DNA of 64,000 bases from Candidatus Obscuribacteraceae bacterium. Its GTDB lineage: Bacteria > Cyanobacteriota > Vampirovibrionia > Obscuribacterales > Obscuribacteraceae. Location: the NCBI GenBank assembly GCA_044229845.1, contig JBGASG010000005.1, positions 64,001 through 128,000 of the forward strand, written 5' to 3'. Of the stretch, positions 56,948-64,000 are shown piece by piece. How positions within the stretch are numbered: the first letter of the stretch is position 1; each line of letters starts with the position of its first letter. A program made the position numbers and the translations under genes. The notes under the pieces are model-generated. The model was given only the letters and a program-made list of their open reading frames with translations, was not told where the DNA came from and made no database searches.

Positions 56948-57613
56948 CTAGGGCTGGATTACCCGCTCGGCGGCGAACAGAAATTCGCAGATGGCGAACA
57001 TATTGGTGATCTGAGCGGTCGGCACCTGTTCCTTCAATTTATAGAAGTCCAGGCACAGCCCGCAGGCGAGCACCTCGACCCCCGCATCGCGAAAGCTGTT
57101 GAGCACTGGCAGCACCTGCGATTTGGCAGCCATCAATTTGACGCCCGAGTTGGCCATGAGAATTGCCCGCGGACGCAGACCGCTTTCGAAGGTTGTTTGC
57201 AAAAAGAGGTTGATTAGCGTGTGGCTCAACTCGGGGTCGCCTTCGCCGAATGTGTCTTTAGCGAGAAACAGCACGGTGCCCGTGCTGCTGCTTACCGCTG
57301 TAGTACCACTTGCTTGAGTCGAAACGGCGCTTCCGCCGCCGCTTGCTGTGGAGCCTGCGCCCGCGCCGCCTGCGCTCGTGCCTGCACCCGCACCGCCGGC
57401 GTTTCTTTCTATGGCGATCCGGTAATGGCCGTCTGCCTTCTCAACTGAAATGCCCGCCTTCAGCGACCCGGCCAGCCGGGTCAGGTTGTTGACGCACACC
57501 TCGTCGTCGACCAGCGCCTCCACCGATAGCACGGCTTGATTGTCGAAGAGTTTCTTTGTGCGAATCACAGGCTCAGGGCAAGTCAGTCCGCGCAAGTCGA
57601 TTTTTTCGCTCAT
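56948..57613 (-). CDS. yedF: Selenium metabolism protein YedF (TusA/SirA + DsrE-like domains)
   Basis: IDLRGLTCPEPVIRTKK; FGEGDPEL...NSGVKL...ACGLCLDFY...ITNM; 2 bp from selD. Confidence 0.9.
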   Translation of the reverse strand: MSEKIDLRGLTCPEPVIRTKKLFDNQAVLSVEALVDDEVCVNNLTRLAGSLKAGISVEKADGHYRIAIERNAGGAGAGTSAGGAGAGSTASGGGSAVSTQASGTTAVSSSTGTVLFLAKDTFGEGDPELSHTLINLFLQTTFESGLRPRAILMANSGVKLMAAKSQVLPVLNSFRDAGVEVLACGLCLDFYKLKEQVPTAQITNMFAICEFLFAAERVIQP

Positions 57614-57615
57614 CC

Positions 57616-58683
57616 CTATTTCACCTCTACCAATCCTTTTATGATGTTGCTCGCCGCCGGTTGAAATTCGCCGATTTCCGCCGCGCAGTAGTCGGCTTGT
57701 GTCAGTGCTTGCAACACTGAGTCGACCTCGCGCTCCGGCACAGCCAGCATCAGTCCGCCCGACGTTTGTGGGTCGAAAAGAAGATCGGTAATCGACAATT
57801 CGACGGTTTCATCCACAGAGGCTATGTCTTTATACGAATTGCGATTGGCATAAGCGCCTGCCGGCACGAGACCCTGAGAAGCCAGCTCTGCTACTTGCGG
57901 TAAGAGCGGTATCTCGCTTGCTTTAACAGATGCCAGCAAACCGCTGCCCTTAGCCATCTCGTGTAAGTGCCCGATCAAACCGAAACCGGTGACGTCCGTG
58001 CAGGCATGGGTATCGTGCGCGAGTGCGATTTGCGACGCCACGGCATTCAATTGTGTCATCGTTGCCAGAAGACGAGTGCGTGCCGACGAACTTAGCATGT
58101 CGCCCTTCATTCCCAGGAGCGCCACCCCCGTACCGATGGCTTTGCACAAAATGATCCGGTCGCCGGACTGCGCTCCGGCATTTATAAGGATACGGTTGGG
58201 ATGCACAAATCCCGAGACGGAAAGTCCGTAGATCAAATCGGTGGTCTGTATCGAATGTCCGCCCACCAGAAGCGCACCGGCTTGCTGCACGACTTGCGCT
58301 CCGCCTTCCATGATGCGCTGCGCGACTTCTAGAGGGAAATCGCACAAGGGGAAACCCAACACATTGAGAGCCAGCGTCGGCGTCGCTCCCATTGCATAAA
58401 TATCGGAAAGTGCATTGGTTGCGGCCACGCATCCGAACGTGTACGGGTCGTCGACTACAGGTGGGAAAAAGTCGATGGTTTGAACCAGAGCCAGCTCTTC
58501 GGAAAGCTTGTAAACTGCTGCGTCTTCGAACGATTCAATACTGGTGAGCAATTGCGGCGAAGCAAACTGCGGAAGCGTTCGTACTATCGCCCCCAATTGG
58601 CTGGCACTGATCTTTGCCGCACAGCCAGTGGCTTTCACGCGATCGGTTAAATTGCAAATGTTGTTTTCGGAATTTTGCGTCAT
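57616..58683 (-). CDS. selD: Selenide, water dikinase (selenophosphate synthetase), Cys form
   Basis: GCAAK, EDAAVY, QTIDFFPPVVDDPY, NALSDIYAMG, GGHS, TDVTGFGLIGH, DPQTSGGL. Confidence 0.95.
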   Translation of the reverse strand: MTQNSENNICNLTDRVKATGCAAKISASQLGAIVRTLPQFASPQLLTSIESFEDAAVYKLSEELALVQTIDFFPPVVDDPYTFGCVAATNALSDIYAMGATPTLALNVLGFPLCDFPLEVAQRIMEGGAQVVQQAGALLVGGHSIQTTDLIYGLSVSGFVHPNRILINAGAQSGDRIILCKAIGTGVALLGMKGDMLSSSARTRLLATMTQLNAVASQIALAHDTHACTDVTGFGLIGHLHEMAKGSGLLASVKASEIPLLPQVAELASQGLVPAGAYANRNSYKDIASVDETVELSITDLLFDPQTSGGLMLAVPEREVDSVLQALTQADYCAAEIGEFQPAASNIIKGLVEVK

Positions 58684-58813
58684 CGCAAATCACCAACTCA
58701 GTGACTGATTCGTCTTTTGGAAACCAGCATGAGAAGCAGGATTTGGCTGGTGGCACTTTCTACAAGCATCGAAAAAAACATTCATATTAGTTTCGAGCGG
58801 CAAGCGTAATTAT

Positions 58814-58967
58814 GCGGGTTGTAGCTCTTCTAAAAACACACTCTTGAGTGTAGATTGTATTGTCTTCGAAACGCACCTTAGTAAGACGGTTCGTCACCGG
58901 CGGCCGCTCTATTAAGATACGTTTCGTAATCGACTCGCCTCTCCACTTGCATAACCTAAGGGTCCGC
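58814..58967 (+). ncRNA. ssrS: Probable 6S RNA (SsrS/SsaA)
   Basis: Rod-like fold by eye: closing stem GGTTGTAGC/GCATAACC, central bubble CTTCTAAAAACACACTCTT / GCCTCTCCACTT, inner stems GAGT..GATTG/TAATCGACTC and CGAAACG/CGTTTCG; -10-like TAATTAT upstream. Confidence 0.6.
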
Positions 58968-58972
58968 GCAGA

Positions 58973-59182
58973 ATGCCGAAGAAAGTTCTCGTGGCTTTGC
59001 CACCAGGCCTGCTTGAGCAGATTGACTATGTCGCTCAAGCCGAGCACCGCACACGTTCCGACTTGATACGTGAAGCGCTCAGAAGATACATTGAACAGTT
59101 TCGGCGTACGCAGCCCAATGCCGCTCCTAAGGGCGGCGCCAAGGGTGAAGTGCGTAGTGTCGCGCTCTTGGGCGAAGAATAG
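58973..59182 (+). CDS. Ribbon-helix-helix (CopG-like) DNA-binding protein
   Basis: KKVLVALPPGLLEQID...RTRSDLIREALRRYI. Confidence 0.85.
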   Translation: MPKKVLVALPPGLLEQIDYVAQAEHRTRSDLIREALRRYIEQFRRTQPNAAPKGGAKGEVRSVALLGEE

Positions 59183-59316
59183 CCTTTTGGGAAAGAAACC
59201 AGCGTGAATGACCAAGCTCTCACTTGAGTTTGGGCGGTTTTTCCCACTATCCATATTGACTCTAATGTCGGGCACCTCTAGGATTGCATGCGTCAATTCA
59301 GGCCTGGCGAGGAAAC

Positions 59317-59640
59317 ATGGCTATTCAGTGGGGAAACATCCTGGTTGCCGAAGTCGTAATCATCGGCACAATCTGTTATTCCCTGGGTTTCGTCAAACTG
59401 CCGAGGTTCTTGCGACGCAAGACCCTGGTCCCGGGCTCGCCCTGGGGCTATTATCCGGATCAGCAACCCAAGCCTGACTCCTACTTCTCCGATAACGACC
59501 AGGATTTCTTGCACGACGTTGCAACCGGTTATGGTGGCATGGACGGATTCGGCGAGTTCGGCGAATTCACCGGCTTCGGCGAAATGGGCGAGTTCGGCGC
59601 GCACTTTGCCGGCGGCGCCATGGGAGACGGCAGCGGATAG
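59317..59640 (+). CDS. Small single-TM protein with an acidic Gly/Phe-repeat tail
   Basis: GAGG RBS; N-terminal TM; GFGEFGEFTGFGEMGEFG. Confidence 0.65.
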   Translation: MAIQWGNILVAEVVIIGTICYSLGFVKLPRFLRRKTLVPGSPWGYYPDQQPKPDSYFSDNDQDFLHDVATGYGGMDGFGEFGEFTGFGEMGEFGAHFAGGAMGDGSG

Positions 59641-59723
59641 GCTGGCCGATCGGGGCAGCGCTGAGGCTGCCAACTGCTATATTATTGAACCCTGTGGGGC
59701 AATGCAGTTAACGACCGGTTCTC

Positions 59724-61358
59724 ATGCACCAATACATCTGGTATTTGCTAATTTTCACAGCAGTGCTGGGTTTGCTCGCGCTTTTTCTCCCCAAAGACAA
59801 AGGCAAGCAAGTGGCGTCGACGGTTACCCTGGTGGCCGCCAGTCTGGTTGTCCTGTTGTTTCTCGGCAATATCATGAGCGGCAGTGGTCGGGTGATGAAA
59901 AGCACTGCCAGCATGCCAGCCGACAAGGCTGAGCTGCAATTGCGGCTTACATATGCCATGCAGGTCGGAATGCAAGACCTGGTCAGTCGTATGAAGGTCT
60001 CCGATGCCGAAAAAGCCAAGTTTCTCGGTGAGTCTCAGAACGTCTCCCAGTCCTTCGATGTGGCGGAAGCCGGACTGGCGGAAGCCATCGCCCGTGGTGA
60101 CGAGAGCCCGGTCACCAAAGCGAAAGTCGCCACCCTGCTTTATTTGAAAGAAATCCATCACCGGGCGCTGGAGAACGCGGCGAAAAATCCGTCGACCATG
60201 CGCGCGCCCATCAAGCCCAAAGCGCAGCTGCCGGACACCTTGCGCGATCCGCAAGAGATCACCTCCGAGCTTGAGCAAGACAAAGACCCCAAAATACAGG
60301 CGCTCGGGCGAGCGCTCCATCAGCTGTTCAGCAAAGACAGCATTCCTCACCAGGAGGTGGACAGTCTGACCGCCGCCATCGAAAACGGGCTGCCGTTCGG
60401 CTGGTACAGAGATGGTTTGCTGCGCCTCCTCAATGCCAGGTCGGGCGGCAACGACAGGCTGCACGACCTGATCTCCGAGCGCGACAACGTGTACCTGCGG
60501 ACATTTCTAGGCGCGATTATGGTCATGGTGACTGCCTTTCTGGCAACAATCATCGGTGCTGTAGTGATTCTCATCGAGCTGGCGCTCATGGCGCGCAAGA
60601 AAACACCTGAGCCCGACACCGCCGGACTGAATGTCCCCCTCCTCGATGTCTACAAAGTCTTCATCGCCTGGTTCTGCACGCAAGCCGCCATTAGCGTCGG
60701 GTTGCAGCAATTGATCAAAACCGGCGGTTTCAAGCTGCCGCCCGATCCCTTCAACATGGCGATCGTCACAGCCATCACGTACCTGATAGCCAACGTGCCG
60801 GGGCTTATCTACATCTACATATTTGCCTTGCGTCCGCGCGGGCTGAAGTTCTGGAGCTCACTGAAGTTTCGTACCAAAACGGCTACTCTGGGTCCGGTGA
60901 GACTGGTTTTGTGCGGCTTTCTCGGCTGGTGTGCCTCTTTTCCCCTGGTCCTGGCCATGGCACTGCTGGCCAGCCTGCTGATGGGCTCTCAGGGTTCGGA
61001 AAATCCAGTTATCTCGCAAATCATGTCGGCTGCCAATGCGCCGGATCCAATAGTCATCATGATGTTCTATCTGACTATCGCCGTGATGGCTCCAATTTGC
61101 GAAGAAACGATGTTTCGCGGCTTTATCTACGGGAGTTTGCGTAGCCGATTAGGACCGGCACTGGCTGTGCTGGTGAGCGCCATGATTTTCGGGTTGGTGC
61201 ACTTCGACAAAGGCGGAATATTGGGGCTGATTGCCATCGGTATCGTGCTGGCGTACCTGTTTGAGCGCACAAAGAGCCTCTTGCCCTGCATGATCACACA
61301 CGGCCTTTGGAACGGCGCCATGTTCACCGCGACGCTCGTTCTGTTCGGAACACGCTGA
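59724..61358 (+). CDS. CPBP/Abi-family intramembrane glutamic endopeptidase with a large soluble N-domain
   Basis: APICEETMFRG, SAMIFGLVH, HGLWN. Confidence 0.9.
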   Translation: MHQYIWYLLIFTAVLGLLALFLPKDKGKQVASTVTLVAASLVVLLFLGNIMSGSGRVMKSTASMPADKAELQLRLTYAMQVGMQDLVSRMKVSDAEKAKFLGESQNVSQSFDVAEAGLAEAIARGDESPVTKAKVATLLYLKEIHHRALENAAKNPSTMRAPIKPKAQLPDTLRDPQEITSELEQDKDPKIQALGRALHQLFSKDSIPHQEVDSLTAAIENGLPFGWYRDGLLRLLNARSGGNDRLHDLISERDNVYLRTFLGAIMVMVTAFLATIIGAVVILIELALMARKKTPEPDTAGLNVPLLDVYKVFIAWFCTQAAISVGLQQLIKTGGFKLPPDPFNMAIVTAITYLIANVPGLIYIYIFALRPRGLKFWSSLKFRTKTATLGPVRLVLCGFLGWCASFPLVLAMALLASLLMGSQGSENPVISQIMSAANAPDPIVIMMFYLTIAVMAPICEETMFRGFIYGSLRSRLGPALAVLVSAMIFGLVHFDKGGILGLIAIGIVLAYLFERTKSLLPCMITHGLWNGAMFTATLVLFGTR

Positions 61359-61460
61359 CGGCTGGCGGGCACCTTCGTCCCTCACTTCGCGTCTTTCCGC
61401 GCGAATTCGTGATGCTGCGCCCGTTCCGGGGAATATTAAAGCTGAGTTCTGGAGTGAGTA

Positions 61461-61994
61461 ATGGTGACCTCAGTATCGACTGGCGTCAAACTCGTGTCGA
61501 AGCCCTACAAGAAAAGGGCTGGTCTTGTTCCTATGACCATTTTTCTGGCTATCGGCTTCACCTTCTCCTGCCTGTGGCTGATCACCGCCGGCTGGCTGAT
61601 TGCGCAAGGCAGCCAGGACCTGCGCATCTGGGGGATAGTGATGGCCATGTGCACGCTGGCGTATTGCGGCTATCTGAGCCTGGCGGCATACAAGCTGCTC
61701 GGCGACGGCAAGCGCGACTACATGGTGGAACTCACCGATTCCGAAGTCGTGCTCAACGTCATCGATCACCTGCACCATAAACGCGGCACGCAGATGGTGT
61801 TGCTCAATGATGTGCGGTATGCGGAGTACTATCCGTTTCCGGATTCGGCAAGCGTCATTTTGCACACCCCGTACACGTCCATGGAGGTGCCGCTGTGGCC
61901 ATTCGGGACGCAGGCGCAAGATGTGATTGACTTCCTGGAAGGCAGCGGCGTGCGCATCTGCAATGTCGTCACCGACGACCCCATCCCCGACTAG
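61461..61994 (+). CDS. Two-TM membrane protein with a beta-rich C-terminal domain
   Basis: GGAG RBS; two hydrophobic segments; PH-like strand pattern. Confidence 0.72.
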   Translation: MVTSVSTGVKLVSKPYKKRAGLVPMTIFLAIGFTFSCLWLITAGWLIAQGSQDLRIWGIVMAMCTLAYCGYLSLAAYKLLGDGKRDYMVELTDSEVVLNVIDHLHHKRGTQMVLLNDVRYAEYYPFPDSASVILHTPYTSMEVPLWPFGTQAQDVIDFLEGSGVRICNVVTDDPIPD

Positions 61995-62066
61995 GTTTGC
62001 AGACTGATTGGATTGAGCCACACCATATGCGGTGCGTGCCAACACGAAGGCATGGCCGAAGCGCGC

Positions 62067-62103
62067 AAAGAGAAACCGGCGCCTCTTGCGAAGCGCCGGT
62101 TTG
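62067..62103. terminator. Bidirectional terminator between convergent genes
   Basis: AAACCGGCGC/GCGCCGGTTT perfect stem. Confidence 0.75.
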
Positions 62104-62145
62104 TGATCTCAAACTTGCAACTCAGTTTTGCAACCGGCGTTTAGT

Positions 62146-62640
62146 TTAGCCGCAGCACATGCCATCTTTGCTGAAGGTGATTTGGGCTTTTTCGCCGACC
62201 ATCTTCATTTCGCCCTTGAAGCCGAACTCTTTGGCCAGCTTTTCGGTGTGCTCAGCGAACATCTTGCCCATTTTTTCCATGTTTTCGGGCTTGAAGTTCG
62301 GGTCTTTTTGCATTTGTTCGAAACAAGCGCAGGTTTCGTATTCCATAGAAGCGGACTTCTCGTCGCCCCAGAATACGATCTTGCTACCAAATACGTTGGT
62401 TTCAAACTCGGCCATGGCTTTGATCAATTCCAGAGGGGTTTTGACGCCGACGGACTTGAAGAATTCAACTTTGTTCTTGAGCATTTGCTCTTGATGTTGT
62501 TGGAGAGCGTCTCCGCCGATCTTCTCGAGAAGGGCGCTGGTGCTCATGCAGTTGCGCGAGAAAACGCGGACTGCTTCTTGTTGAATCTTGTCGATGGACC
62601 AGGTTTGTTGAACGCGTTCTTTGGTGGTAGCTGTCGTCAT
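62146..62640 (-). CDS. Hypothetical protein (possible V4R/H-NOX-like alpha/beta fold), ends in CCG
   Basis: GGAGG RBS; CAC motif; C-terminal MCCG. Confidence 0.75.
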   Translation of the reverse strand: MTTATTKERVQQTWSIDKIQQEAVRVFSRNCMSTSALLEKIGGDALQQHQEQMLKNKVEFFKSVGVKTPLELIKAMAEFETNVFGSKIVFWGDEKSASMEYETCACFEQMQKDPNFKPENMEKMGKMFAEHTEKLAKEFGFKGEMKMVGEKAQITFSKDGMCCG

Positions 62641-62660
62641 GCTTAGGAATCCCTCCGATT

Positions 62661-62699
62661 AAAAAGCCAACTGCGCTACAGTGTATGCAGCGCAGTTGG
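62661..62699 (-). terminator. Terminator-like hairpin directly before the RBS of the 62640 gene
   Basis: CCAACTGCGCT/AGCGCAGTTGG stem then CTTTTT on the minus strand. Confidence 0.65.
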
Positions 62700-62759
62700 G
62701 AAGTCGCGAAATTCGCGGTTGATTCTTAACTATTCATCATTGCAGGCGAGCGTGAGCTT

Positions 62760-63026
62760 TTAGGCGCGTCCGCGGCTAATTCCACGAGCCAGAAGATGGA
62801 ATAAGAAGATCAAAAGAGCCGAGCCAAGAATGGCCGGAAGCAGAGGCACGCCGGCCAACGACGGGCCGAGAGCGCCGAACAATGAGCCGCCTGCCCAGGC
62901 GCCCAAAACACCGACGATAACCGAGGCGAGGAATCCGCCAGGGACCGTTCCGGGAACCAGGTACGCGCCCATCCAGGCACAAGCACTGGCTACAAGCAAG
63001 TACATGATAAACATCAGGATTTCCAT
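62760..63026 (-). CDS. GlsB/YeaQ/YmgE-family (transglycosylase-associated) membrane protein
   Basis: LVPG..PGG...VGVLGAWAGG...AILGSALL; GGAGG RBS. Confidence 0.88.
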   Translation of the reverse strand: MEILMFIMYLLVASACAWMGAYLVPGTVPGGFLASVIVGVLGAWAGGSLFGALGPSLAGVPLLPAILGSALLIFLFHLLARGISRGRA

Positions 63027-63148
63027 TTTTCACTGTCCTCCAGTTTCTGCGCATAGTGTCGAGTTGGCGGGCGGAAAAGTTCCGGCTCAGCTTAAATGCT
63101 GCGCCTGGTGGGCGGGACACCGGATTTGGTGCCTGTTATGATTGCCAT

Positions 63149-64000
63149 ATGCCTACGTACACAGTGCAAGCGATCAACATCGGCAGCTTCAACCTAGGGG
63201 AAGCGGACAAGGTACTGACGCTGTTCACTGCGGAGAAAGGGCTGGTGCGGGCGGTCGCGAAAGGCTCACGCAAGCCCGGTACGAAAATGGCGGGTCGCGC
63301 CGATCTATTGAATGTCAATAAGCTTTTTCTTTCAACCGGCAAGACATTCGAAATCATCACTCAGGCCGAAACTATTGATAGCTTTCCGGCTCTGCGCGGG
63401 GATCTTTTGCGCTTGTCCTATGGTCTCTACTACGCCGAATTGAGCCATCAGTTCGCGCAGGGATTGTCGGACGAAAGCTGTATCTATTTTGAATATCTTC
63501 GACATGCTTTGCATTTGCAAGCTGCCCAGCTGGCTGATGCCAACTGGCTTTCTCTGGAATTCGAATTAGGTCTGCTCGACTTGCTTGGCTATCGCCCGGA
63601 AGTTACATACTGCGTTTTGTGCCGCGAAGTTTTGACCGAGTACAACATTGCTTGTTTCAACACCGAACTGGGCGGAGTGCTCTGCTCCCGCTGTTCGCAA
63701 CCTGACTATCTGCTGCGCGAGGGTATGGAGGAAGTTTTGCAACGCGAAGGAAGCGCTTGGAAAGCCGGAATTCATGTGACGCCTCTGGTCTGGAAAAATG
63801 TCGTTCTGGGTGGTGACCGGCGCATATCCACGTCACCCCCGGAAGACCTATCAAATCTGCCGGCAGGCCCATGGAATGCCGCCCAGTCCGGTTCCAACGC
63901 CACTCGCCTGTCGGTCAACGCCGCCCGCCGCCTCACCCAGTCTTACCTGGAACACCGGGCTGGCAGACGCATGAAGGCACTGGATTTGTTGGCGGAAATT
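63149..64000 (+). CDS. recO: DNA repair protein RecO (runs off the right edge, nearly complete)
   Basis: MPTYTVQAINIGSFNLGEADKVLTLFTAEKGLVRAVAKGSRKP; LGYRPEVTYCVLC...GGVLCSRC zinc finger; no stop before 64000, hence absent from the ORF track. Confidence 0.93.
   Translation, partial: MPTYTVQAINIGSFNLGEADKVLTLFTAEKGLVRAVAKGSRKPGTKMAGRADLLNVNKLFLSTGKTFEIITQAETIDSFPALRGDLLRLSYGLYYAELSHQFAQGLSDESCIYFEYLRHALHLQAAQLADANWLSLEFELGLLDLLGYRPEVTYCVLCREVLTEYNIACFNTELGGVLCSRCSQPDYLLREGMEEVLQREGSAWKAGIHVTPLVWKNVVLGGDRRISTSPPEDLSNLPAGPWNAAQSGSNATRLSVNAARRLTQSYLEHRAGRRMKALDLLAEI

Noticed and set aside
57616..58683. Selenocysteine-containing SelD or other selenoprotein
   Set aside because: Active-site codon is TGT; no in-frame TGA read-through candidate noticed in the window
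58973..59640. Type II toxin-antitoxin pair
   Set aside because: The gene after the RHH is a TM/Gly-rich protein with no RelE, MazF or PIN features and lies 134 bp away
1..64000. tRNA, rRNA, transposase, integrase or prophage genes
   Set aside because: No cloverleaf, rRNA-like tract or recombinase/phage motif recognised by eye; tRNAscan-SE and cmscan would be definitive

Overview
64 kb chromosomal segment from a GC-rich Gram-negative bacterium. The gene set and style (cyanobacterial-type LptD/OstA, minCDE-rodA, Hanks kinase, many TPR/WD40/HEAT-like proteins, no photosynthesis genes) suggest a non-photosynthetic cyanobacterial relative (Vampirovibrionia/Melainabacteria, perhaps Obscuribacterales); this is inference. 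Housekeeping genes include a sigma-70, corA, mnmD, kdsD, a ubiA/mqnP-like gene, minCDE, rodA, meaB, nagA, ybaK, a ROK kinase, lptD-like, selD-yedF and recO (running off the right edge). No rRNA, tRNA, CRISPR array or transposase was seen. Most notable observations: (1) a tandem array of five divergent paralogous membrane proteins, one with a Cys-rich tail, facing away from a TolC + two-RND + MFP efflux operon; (2) a 1.6k-aa membrane-anchored protein with a ~900-aa E/R/K helical rod and kinesin-light-chain-like TPRs, followed by tandem and palindromic repeats; (3) a vesicular-amine-transporter-like MFS gene upstream of a choline-monooxygenase-like Rieske gene; (4) a probable 6S RNA, several other structured non-coding regions and a phased palindromic operator triplet; (5) a secreted protein with synuclein/LEA-like 11-mer repeats; (6) a 42-aa membrane microprotein missed by the ORF track. 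All family calls come from motif recognition by eye; no database searches were run.
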